Positions 37,580 to 49,301 of a DNA stretch of 64,000 nucleotides are shown here, one piece after another. The notes beneath the pieces are model-generated. The model saw only the letters and a program-made list of their open reading frames with translations, did not search any database and was not told the DNA's origin. This stretch comes from Nageia nagi (taxonomy: Eukaryota; Plantae; Pinophyta), in contig JBITNC010000001.1 of NCBI GenBank assembly GCA_050084985.1, forward strand, positions 108,934,001 through 108,998,000, written 5' to 3'. Each line of letters opens with the position of its first letter. The stretch's first letter is position 1. The translations under genes were made by a program, and so were the position numbers.

Positions 37580-40500
37580 AGTCCACCCTCCTCAAATTGC
37601 TTTCCCTAAAGTAATTCCAAATGCATCCCAAAGTGATATTTATCTTTAAATATGCCAAGAGATTCTTGACTCCATAATGATCCTTTAAATGTGCTAGTAA
37701 TCCATCCAAATGATCTTTGAAGCAGTCCCTTGATGATGTCAATATGGTACAAACATGAAGGCAACTTCTCCAAAGTGTAGAAGCAAGAAATGTTGTTGAT
37801 GATGCATGCCTATTCAACCCAAAACATTTTTCCTTGCTTCCAAGTGGATCCCAATACTTTATTTTCACAAAAAAAAAACAACTAATAAGATGTGATTTGA
37901 TCAATTGTAGAAGCTAAGATTTTGTTCAAATGCCTGCTAAGTGTTTCCTTTTCATAGGACCTTATTATTATATCCCTTGTTCCAAATGTACTAAACTTTG
38001 TATGGTTATTCCTAACCAGAATGTAGTGTAAATCAATCAATAGGGGATTGATTTTTTATTCTATAAATTTTTCTCTCTAATTATATCAATCTTTGAACCA
38101 ATATTTGAAAATAAATTGTACCTATTTATGATATATTCTTGTAGGAAAGGTTGTAAGTCTCTACCTTATTTGAAAATATAAAGACTCATACATGTTGTAT
38201 GAAGTTTCATTGGTTGAAATAGTAAGGACTAGTTTTTCCCCTTTATCATCTCATAAACCATATCTCTAAGTGTTACAAAGGAGAGAATCAAATGGGTCTC
38301 AATGTGTGTTTCTATGTCACAATTCATTATGATCAACCAAAGAAATAAAATTGAATCAATAATGCTATTATGAGAAGGAATGATATACCTTATGCCTAGC
38401 TCCCTAAGATATGAATATTTGTAGATCTTCAAAGGGTCTCTTGCTTTCATATGTGATACTTGTTGTACTGTGGAAAGTAGAGTTATTTAACTATCAATAC
38501 ATTCTCTTTACTTTCTATAAAATTATCACAAAAATCAAAGATGATATCTTGGATTTCCCTTTTCATTGGCAATGATTTTTGACCCTCTTTCATGATGCAA
38601 TCATTACTACAATTTATAAGAGTATTATAGTTCTTATTTTCTATTGTTTAGAATAATATTTTGGAAATTTACTTAAACTTTATGCATACCAAACTGAGTA
38701 TATATCCAAGATATGAAAACATGCTTCATAACCTATCATAAAATCTAATTGTGTGACTCTTCCATGTGGTGTGAGAGCTAGGACTATTTCTTGCTATCAA
38801 ATAGTACCCATAAACCCTATTAAAACTAAATTTATCACTATCTAGATGAGCTATGTAGTTTCCTAATGAAGGGTGGGTGTTATAACTATCTTCATTTGTA
38901 TAATACTTACCTTTAACTCTTCTCAATTTGAGTATGTTCATGACTGATTGGAGTGATGTCTAAGCCCTAGATGGCTATCAAAGAGTGTAGGGTATTAATT
39001 CCTTTAAAGGTGACCTTACTTTCTTATTCAATGAAGATTATTTCTAGCTTCTAGTAATTAAAAGTGACATATCCTAATTGATACAACCATTAAACTTCTA
39101 AGACAATATGAGGATAGTCGTCCATGGAGTAAACATAGAAGTCATCTAGAATAGTGTAGTTTTAATAGTTAACTTTGTTGGAAATTATAATGAATTATTG
39201 TGTAATATTTCTCTCTAATGTAAATTCACTTAATGCTTAAGTATTAAGGGAATAAAAAGGGAATAAGATTTAACCTTACTCTTAGGTAAAAGTGTGGTTA
39301 AAGAGTGGGTTTCATCTTATAAATAGAGAGGTACCCCCTCTCTATTATGTACTTGTAGAAGCATGGTAATGCTTGTCTTGTAGAGTTGTAGGAATGCTCT
39401 TGTAGGAGCTTTGTAGAAGAATTGTTGAGAATTCATAGGAGAGTTATCATATGAGAAGTGATAGAAAGGATAGTTCAAAGTGTATGTACTCCTAAGAGTT
39501 GGAGGAACCACTATACATGGTGTGTTATCATTTATATGATTGATTCTTTCTTAGCTAGATGATTGAATGTTATATTTGTTGGAGAAAATCAAAGGAGATC
39601 TTGGTTATGGAATCCTCCAATTGAATAAAATTTATGATATCTAATCATCCATTTTCATATGTTTTGATAGCATTATCATTAGTGACTCCAAATTCTTGAG
39701 TTTAAACTCTTTCTAAGTTTTATCTAAGAAAAACATTTCAACTATGAATTTATAGGTGGATCCATTAGATACTAGTGTAAGGATGGATTCTCCCATAATA
39801 TGCTCTTCTAATTTGAGAGTACAATATTTGATGGATTTAATCAATGGTTTTATGCATTCTCTAAGATCCTTTTTTATTCTCTTGGTAGATAAATGAGGGG
39901 TGTCTCTTAAGGCTAGTCTTTTCCCATATATATGAGGCCTAGTGATTCTCATAGCCTTTGTAGAGAATGCTTGGTGGAGTTTTAACATTTCAATACAAGA
40001 TGAGGGACTAATTTTATTTTCAAGAATGAAAGAATATGAAGAGGAAATAAAAGTTAATAGACCCATATATGTACCTTATTATTGGATAACCTTGGGTATC
40101 AAAGTCCATATTTGTTCCAATGGTATCCATCTATCCTCTTGTGGTCCCATGCTTGAGGTGGTTTATTCTTTGGTACTTGATGTGTTACCTCTAATATTTT
40201 TATAGAAGAATTTTGGTTCTTTTCCTTGATGCCTTGAAGTGTGATTTCATGACCACCACTCTTGAACTTAAATTAGAAGGTTGAGTGGTTGGTGATGTAG
40301 TCTCCAAAGGATACCAACCATAGTACCCCTAAGACAACATGAGGTAAATCTCCCAAAGGGAACATGAACAATCATCTTTAATAGTCTAGTCTTTCATTAT
40401 CTACTTAATTACCATAATTATTTATTCATCCATTGATATACACATTTCAAATGGGTAGAACTCCATTCAATTACATTTAGAGGTACACTTTTCATTGAAA

Positions 40501-41911
40501 ACTTACTTATTCTAAACTTATAGTGAAGATTGATCTCAAAACTATTAAACTTTAAGCTAAGTATTATTTCACAACCTTGAATGCTGTATTATTGTGTATA
40601 CTTGTGTGACTTGGGATTATTTTGATGTTCATGGTTCTACATGATGGATCATCCTCATTATACTCATCACTATCCTCATATTCCTCATTAGAGGATTGTT
40701 CTTCTGAAAAGACCTTAATGTAATGTATAGCTCTTTTTCCAAGGCAATAATGACCCATTGTCCAAGGTTATTTACAACTAAATCATATATTCTTCCTCCT
40801 TAGTTCATTTATTTCATTTCTCTCACCCTTGGTTCTTCTTGTATATGTAATGGGAGGAGTAAGTGTGGGCTTCCCACTTGATTAATCTCTTTTTGGTGGT
40901 GAGATGTCTTTCCTAAATGGTGATCCCATGCTAGGTCTATGGTATGGTGTCACTTGCTTGGCCCTTAGAAGTGTAGAATCTTCAAGAGTAAGATCCCTTT
41001 TGATTACATCCTATAGAGTAGGTGGATCAAAAGATTTGATAAATCCATTTAAGGGTTCTATAAGTCCCTCCATAAAGAGGAAAGTTATCCTCTTATCCAA
41101 TATATATGAACTATAACTAAAATCCTTTAAAATTCTTCATCATAGCTACCTATAGAAGTAACTTGGTAAAGTGTAGCCATCTCTTAAAAATATTCTTCTT
41201 CATCCTTTCTTTCAAATATATCAATAATATTTGAAAAAACTCTTCAAAGATGAAAACCTTATTATTCCTTAAGGTGGTGACCCATTGTGCCATCATTCAT
41301 ATGCTATGCCATCAAGGTGAAGGGAGGTAAATTTGATTGCATCTATTTTTCTCATAAAGGGAAAGAGTGAAATAAGTTTGAAGCTTGTGTAACCAAACTC
41401 TAGGTGTAAGGGTGTTACCATAAAACATAGGTACTTGCAACATTTGTAGGTATTTATTATCATTAATAATCATTCCCTTTTATTATTTTTTTAAGTGTTT
41501 ACTTGAATTCAGCACTCTTATATATTGGATGAAGTAGATGTTAAGGCATTAATTAGGGTTTTACACTTCCTATTATAAAAACATAGGCATGGATGGATTG
41601 GATAGAGGTGGATGAGTAGGATGGATGAATTATTTACTCCTTTTATATAGTGTGGCTACCCTAGTTAGGAATATTGATCTCTCTTATGCTTATGGAGTTA
41701 GTGGAAGAGCATCCACCTTATTCACAAGTTGAGATAACAAGTCTACCATGGTTGTAAACTATTATGTCAGATAAAATTCTTTTTCTCTATCTATTTTTTG
41801 AGTCACTTTCACTCTTCATATCTAAGGAATACATATTACTTCTTTTAAATTTGATGCTTTGGCATGTAGGAAGTCTTCACAAGTTGGTATGAGTTTAAGC
41901 TTTGATACCAC

Positions 41912-42918
41912 TATAATGTACCTTTATAGGGTTTATCCAATTTCTCACTTAATTTTGCATTAATTAACAAATTAGGGGATTAAAGTAAATGCTCATTAAC
42001 CATCCAAATATGCACTTAAAACTAGAATATAACAATAGTAGCTAGATTTGATATAAAGTTCTTATAAAATGTAAATATGAACAAAACTAAGGCAAAAATG
42101 AGATCTATAACATAAAAAAATATATATAGCTCCCAAATACTCTAATTTGCATACATTCCCATGCATAATGGAGATAGTAGCATATGAAAAATATATAAAG
42201 AACATTCATTAATATTTGATATGTAATATGAGAGCCAATATCATCAATAATCAACCAAGAATAACTATAAGGCTATAATAAGCCTATAACAAGTTATAGG
42301 GAAAAGCCTAAATCTCCAAATTGCTCTAACTAGACTCCATAATGTTATCATAAGTCCCAAGGAGACTCCCAAGCTTGGTGCAAGTTTGAAGATAACTTAT
42401 AATGGTTGATACAAGCTCCCAAATATAAATAATGATAGGTGCAAGCTCTCTAAGAGGTGTAGAAATGTAGATAAAATACTTATAGGCTAGGTAAAAACCC
42501 TAATCCCTATAAGGTAAAGAAGGGAAGCACTCTTAGGCTTAAAATGATATAACATTGAATGCATAAGATGATATCCTTAAGTGATAAAATAAATTTCCTT
42601 TATAGCATTCCAAAATTACCAATATGCCCCTAGAAGGTAGTCGACTAGGAGAGGAGGAATAATAAAGTATTAAAGGATCCCAAAAATTCTCAATATAAAT
42701 GACTTGGATGTGGGAACATTATATCATTAAATGATCCATTTTATTATCATTAATAAATACATAATTTTTCCAATTTGAGCATTTTACTCTAAGGCACAAA
42801 TATGAGTATTATAAATACATAAATTGATAAAAACATTTACTCCTAATCTAAGTACTAAGGATAATAATGAATAAGTATGAGGGGAGATATCTAGATGTTC
42901 CAAATTGAGGATGTTACA
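41912..42918 (-). repeat. 5' LTR of element C (1007 bp, internally deleted)
   Basis: Collinear with 35968-37579 except for a ~610-bp gap near 42145. Confidence 0.88.
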
Positions 42919-44720
42919 ATTGTATATTACCTTGTGGATAATATATTGATGCAAAATTTTCCTTTATCTTGAATACTTTACAAAAATATCTATCTCATTT
43001 TCTTCTAAATTTCTTTCTATTATACATGATTAGGTGAGATGAAACACCAAATCTTGTTATTATGTTGTCACTTAAGAATTTCACAATTTGAGGATCCTTA
43101 GATGATCTTAAAGATACTTCTTCTACCCATTTTGTAAATTACTCAATAGTAACTAAGATGAATTTATGTCTTCACTATATTTAGGATTGATAGCTCCAAC
43201 CAAATCTAAATCCCAAATAGAAAAAAGGCCAAGGAGATATCATTATAGCTAGTTCTCTTGAAGGAGCTTATTTCAAGTTACAATGATTTTGATATTTTTC
43301 ACACTTCTTAACATGTAGGATGTAGTATTTTTCCATATATGGATAATATTAAACTATCCTTAAAAGCTTATAAAAGATAGCCTTTCCATTAAAATGTCAT
43401 CCACTTATATTATCAAGTACTTATTATATAGCCTTACTACCTTTATTACCATTTAAACTCCTAAGTAAAGTACTATCAAATGATATTTTATAAAGAACAT
43501 TACCAATGATTATATATTTTGGTACCATTTTCTTGAGTATTCACTTATGTAATTTTGTTTGACATGAATTTGGAATCTTTTTCTCTTTTAAGTAATTGTA
43601 AATATCAACATACCACTCATGTATTTGATGGATGGCATATAAAAATGGTTCCTTCTCAAAGAATATGTTGATGTTATCCTTAGCTAGGAAAGATTTTTAC
43701 CTTATACTCTTGATTTTGATAATGGTTTCCTCATATTAAACTAATATTGGTGTAAAAGAAGCTACATTGACCAAAGCATCAATAACATTTTTACTATTTC
43801 TTAGAATCTTATCAAACTAAATTTGTACAAAATATATCTAAATCATTCTTGTGATTAGATATTTTAATGACTGTAACTTTTTATCTTTTGTATTGTAAAC
43901 ATCATTAATTTATTTTCTGATAAGTTAGGAATCACCATAAATATGTAACTTGCTAATATGAAGGTTAATAAAAACCTTTACCCCTAAGATTAAAGCTTCA
44001 TACTTAGCCATGTTGTTAGTACATTCAAAATTTAACTTGTAGGCCATAGAAATCATACCACTTTTAGGAGATACCAAAATAATACTTGTCCCATCCTATT
44101 ATAGGAACACTTATAACCATCATAGAAAAATTTCCATTATTTATCTTCTACCTACTCAACCAATGCCATAAGTTTATCCTTGAATTCAACTTTGTTTATA
44201 GGAGTGTTATCACATGGTGCCTCAACCAACATATTAGCGATAACATGTCCTTTAATTACCTTTTGATGTATATAGATGAGGTAAAATTATTTCAATTACA
44301 TTATCCATTTGGCTAATCTATGTTTCAATTATGGTTTGAATAATAAATACCTCAATGAATCCACTTGATCTACTATATGAGTGGTGTTTGTGATCATGTA
44401 ATGCCTTAGTGTTTATGTGGTATAGACTATGGCATAAAATAAATTCTTAATTAGAGTATATTTTATTTCTTATTCTTGTAATGTTTTGGATAAATGATAC
44501 AAATCTCTTTCTTTATATTCCTTTTCAATTTGTACTAAAATAATTCCTATTTCATGACTCATAGCTGAAATATATAGATATAAAGGTTTCTTATGATCAA
44601 GTGGTTGTAAAATAGGAGGATTAAGTAGTTACCTTTTGAGATAATCAAATGATTTTTGATACTCCTCAATCCAACCATACTTATTTTATTTCTTAAGAAA
44701 ATAAAAGAATGGATTTGTCC
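42919..44720 (-). pseudogene. pol relic of element A: RNase H, additional (archaeal-type) RNase H, integrase N-terminus and core
   Basis: WIEEYQKSFDYLKR*LLNPPIL; YKLNFECTNNMAKYEALILG..LHIYGDS*LI (43920-44045); IWDLDLVGAINP..FTKWVE. The RH-aRH-INT order is typical of Tat/Ogre. Confidence 0.88.
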
Positions 44721-45551
44721 ATAAATGATAAAATCATTATATATTAAGAAAATAATGAACCATTTATTTGAAATTATATATATGTATATATTTTTAATGA
44801 TATATCATGTATAGTTTTAATGATATATCATGTTATATATTTATATATAAACACTTTAAAGGAATAATATGCATGATAAAAATTAAATATAAGAGAAACT
44901 AGGGTAAAATATGCATTAATTTTTTCATTATACAAGTTAGTGAATGAGATAATGCTCAAGCAATGAATCATAGTACCAAAGAATGAGAAGTATATTAGCT
45001 TAGATATCTTAAATATATATCTAAAGATTATACGAGGTATTAATGTTGAGGTGCCTATTTTTGTGTGCTTAATTACCCCTAGGATTTTAGCTTGAGTGAA
45101 ACTAATATATTTAAGTATGAATGATATAAGTTATTTAACTCAAATAAGCATATATGATATACAAGAATAATAAAAATGAAGATAGTAGTAGTATAATAGT
45201 GAGATAATAGAACTAGGGTTTTATTGAATCAAGATTAAAAAATAAAAGCATGCACTAAAGATATTTGAATTAAATGTAACTTAAATATCTATTTTTTCTA
45301 ACCTATGATGAAGTTGAATATATATAGACTAAACCTACCAAAGTGAATTGACCTTAATATATAAACCCCATAGATAAAAATAATAATAAGATCAACATGA
45401 ATGCCTAAGTCAGTGCGAGTGCTAGGTCATAGAATAATAGTGCAAGTGTACATACCAACACAAGGGATAGGGTTCTTAATGATTATGATTCACCAAAAAG
45501 AATCAATGACAACAAAGATGTCAACAAGATAAGCCAAACTAGGAAAAATAT

Positions 45552-46460
45552 TAGTGGTGAATATTTGTACCTTTATGAAAATTGGCCATTTTGAAAATTT
45601 CATTTAGCTATTTTGGTGGACCCACCTTTCTAAATATTAGCTAAAATTTTATGAAAAAGGGTATTTTAGCCAAATTAATGAAACTAAATATAATATAATA
45701 TCCATTTTTAAAATGTGAGATTGGGCCCATTTAGCCTAGAAATTATAATCAATGTGATTTACTCTGAAGTAATCACCTCTATTATCCCATATATAAATTA
45801 AATATATTGTGAGATGATATTCTAACAAGCCACTTGATCTAAAGCTTTTGAGGTGCGTGATTAAATTTTTAAGATAATAATTTGTAATTTTAGATAATCA
45901 GGAATCTCCATTAGAATGACAAAACCATAAGGTATGCAAAGTTATTAATTAATCTAGTTTTATTTTTCCTACTTTCTTCAACAAATACTTGATCTAAGTT
46001 GTTAGAAATTTGCACACAACCTTATCACTTAAGCCATGTTGATCAAGTCATATTGATTAAGCTATATTGATAAAGCCACATCAATTAAGCCATATCAATC
46101 AAGACATGTTGATCAAGCCATGTCAATAAAGCCCTATCGATTAAGCCCTATTGACAAGATCTATCATTTAATCCATGTTGATAAAGCCCTATCATTTAGG
46201 GCATTTTAATCAACACTTATCAATAGTGACTTATCAATTGAGCCATATTGATTAAGCCCTATTGATAGTGGCTATAATTTACTCATTATTTTACTCTAAA
46301 CTAGCCTCTCATAGCCATATTTTTATGGTATCATAAGATATATCACCAATTTAAATACACATGTTTTGTTCCATTTAGCCTAATTTTGTACAAGGTAGGA
46401 GCATTTTTTGTCATGAATTTTTTAATTTTTTTCATATATTTTTGTTAAATTTACCATATA
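45552..46460. mobile_element. Putative non-autonomous DNA transposon (hAT-like?) carrying a 14-bp minisatellite
   Basis: Absent from the homologous LTR at 16104; weak TIRs (tagtggtgaat / tttaccatata); aaaaatat occurs on both sides. Confidence 0.5.
46031..46266. repeat. 14-bp minisatellite, ~17 copies
   Basis: aagccatgttgatc / aagtcatattgatt / aagctatattgata / aagccacatcaatt / aagccctatcgatt ... Confidence 0.9.
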
Positions 46461-49301
46461 CCAAAAATATAATTATGAATCAATGGATAATAGATATACT
46501 CAACTAGTAATAATATTCTAATATCAATAGGTAGTGTTTAGAAATATCCAAGAGTAGAATATCAACTATCAAGATGTAAATCTTTATTGTTCTCCTAGGT
46601 TAGAGATACTTACAATTATATAAGCATGAATTCCAACTAAATGACCCCTTGTAATAAGGTTGAAAACCATGCTAATATACCTAACATGACTAAAATATGA
46701 TTATAATATAACTATAATATTACACCTAAGCAAGGCTACCTTAAGGGGACCAAATTTACATGTCAACATGTCATACTCAAAAAGTAACCTTGTTGGCAAA
46801 CAAGAAAAGAAATATTACAACTAATATTTTATTTATTACTTATGAATAGACCTCAATAATATAAGTACTAATCATTTTTTATTCATTGCCTTGCAAAAGG
46901 GATTTTTACAAAATGATATTTTGGCATCTATGGATATTTACAAAGTTTCTAGTGATTTGATTTAGTTGGTCAACAATTTTGCAATAGTGTTTGCAAGCTC
47001 TAAAAATTTTCTATAACTTATAATAAATCTAGATTTCTCTTCTTCAACTCCATATGAATATCACTAATCAGCACTTGTGGATCCTACACGCATGTGAATA
47101 GAAAAGACATAAAACATACCTACTCATATCATGAAAATAATTATAATACTAAACAAAAAAAAGACTATAAAAGTATGAAAAAGTAAAGCACTCAACTCAA
47201 TAAGTCTAGATGTATTTTGGCATAGTGACTTTACATTCAAACTAGGTCCCTTGCTTCAATGTTGAAGGTTTATTTTATAGATTTTGAAAATAGATAAAGT
47301 TTCTATTTTTGAGACAAAAATCTAAATAGAAAAGTCAGTCCAACTTTTTCATAGAAATAATCTAGAGCTTGGTGTGTAGGATGGATGATGAGTCATCCAT
47401 CATCCTTTGCTCCATCTCCAAGGATGCCTCAAAAGTTACCATTTTTTATTTTGATTTTGCCAATCATAGAGTCACTCACATCTAGGTATCATATGTCACT
47501 GTTTGGCTTGAGTTGCCAAAAAACAATTATCAAATGCTAGTGATTGGCATTCTATGATAAAGTTTATAATATTATTTTAAGTTTTTGTTCTTATTTTGCC
47601 TATCAAAAGGTCATTTTTGGGTGTCTACATTTTTCTCCTTTTTGAATTATTTTCTAATTTGTAAGTGGAGGATAATTCAAAAATGTTACCTTTCAGGAGG
47701 TAGGTGCATTCAATTTTCTTTCTTAGTATTTTTTACTTTAATCAATGTGTTGGATTAACCTATTCTCTATTAATAAGGAGTATTTGATTGATTGGATTAT
47801 AATTAAATCCATTTTTAAATTTTTTTCATTCAAGGCATTTTTATAGTATGGTTGTATTATCAAAGCAAAACTTGTGTGTATCACTATATTGTATGTTGTT
47901 TATGGCAGTTGCATGATAAGCTTCTATATTGTCTTTGCATACCAAAACTAACATGTGATAGGAAAGTTTTCTTTTTGAGTATAATTATTTTATTAATTTT
48001 ATTTTTCATCCCAATAGTAGGGTTACATGATGATCTTACTCAAATGGTCATTCAATATACTTAATCATATTCAATCCTATATTTCTTTTGCCCATTAAAA
48101 GAAAGGTCATTTTTCAAATTTAGAATTACTCATAAGCTTTGATTTTTCTAAATATTTAACATTGATCAAATCAACAAGTAAGAGGCTTCCCCATTTTTTC
48201 TTTAACATATATTTTTTCATTTTTTAGGTTTTTATTTACTTTAAAAGTTTTGTTTTAGGGTGTGAGGTGTAAAATAGTAGTTTTCTTGATGTTACCTTGC
48301 ATTGCATTGCCTTTGAAATAATATATTTTATCATTTTAGTTTTAGTAATTTTTGTATTTATATTAAAATATATACCTAAGCTAAACCTAAATTAGAAGGA
48401 GTACTTAAGTTTTTTATATTTTTGTTTCAAAAAAGGTGTTCCATTCAAGTTCTCTAACTTGTACCAATGCCTAAGTTGATGTTTAAAATTGACCTAGTCT
48501 CTGTGAATAAGTTAAATATGATTGGTCAAATCATGATCAACTCATGTTATAATCACTTTTGAAATTTAACACATTTTGTAAACCATTGTAGTGTATATGA
48601 AAATAATGCTCATGTCTATCTCAATACTATATGCTATTTGTGGCATTTACATGATGTGATTTTATGTCATCTCCACATGTCGAAGCTAGTATGAGATAGG
48701 TTATGGGTTTTATGTATATAGTTGGTTTAATTTTGTTGGATTTAATCCTGATCTTATGCTTAAGGTCATATCATGCTCATTTATCATGTTTGATTTTTTT
48801 CAAAATTTGATTTATTTGTGAAATTCAATTTCTTTTAAACATGTGATTTATGATATTTTAATAAGTAGGAATCTTGCTTATTTTAATTTTTTTAAAATAT
48901 TTTTTTTACCTTACCAAGGATTTATGATGAAATGACTAAAAGGGCTTTTGAGTATTTTGTATATATGTATGTTTTTATTTTTACCTTATCTAGGATTTTG
49001 ATAGAATGCTAGAAAGAGGGCTGAAGTATTTTTTGTGAATTTTGGTTTTCATTATTTTGAAAAAAAAAACACAATTCCATGCGTTTTCAACATTTGGGTC
49101 TAATAATAAAAATCCCATCTAAATCATAAACCACCAACTTAAAATCATTGGCATTTCAGGTTGTGATCAAAATAAAAAGATAAAATGAGTTATCATTCCC
49201 TCAATTGTCTTTTATTGTTTCTTTGAGCTCTTGTCAGGTTGTTGCACTTTTCTTGTTATGTACCACCTATTTACCTACCCCATAATTCTCTATGGGAAAA
49301 T

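Larger units (their letters stand above)
35968..42918 (-). mobile_element. Tekay/Del-like chromovirus C, strongly degenerate
   Basis: LTRs 35968-37579 and 41912-42918; PBS (reverse complement TGGTATCAAAGC) 41899-41910; PPT reverse complement GAGGAGGGTGGACT; TSD ctttt/attgt (each one change from cttgt); gag, knuckle (CK*PWTMGHYC) and protease (LVSNGSTYKFI) relics. Confidence 0.85.
16104..44720 (-). mobile_element. Tat/Ogre LTR retrotransposon A (3' LTR, 3' UTR, INT, aRH, RH), split by nested elements B and C and 5'-truncated
   Basis: Integrase reads contiguously across both insertions: SIYYPQGNIQ | DKATNKTIINILCKT | INQTQRE..LVYALWVYKTS..TPYSLVYG. Confidence 0.8.
45044..46768 (-). repeat. Second LTR of the element-A family, with a ~0.9-kb insertion
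   Basis: TGTTGA...TGTCAACA; collinear with 16104-16918 on both sides of 45552-46460. Confidence 0.75.

Noticed and set aside
16104-46768. Treating LTRs 16104-16918 and 45044-46768 as the two ends of one intact element
   Set aside because: The flanks (caaag vs tgtca) give no TSD, and no PBS, gag or RT lies next to 45044. They belong to the same family, but pairing is unproven.
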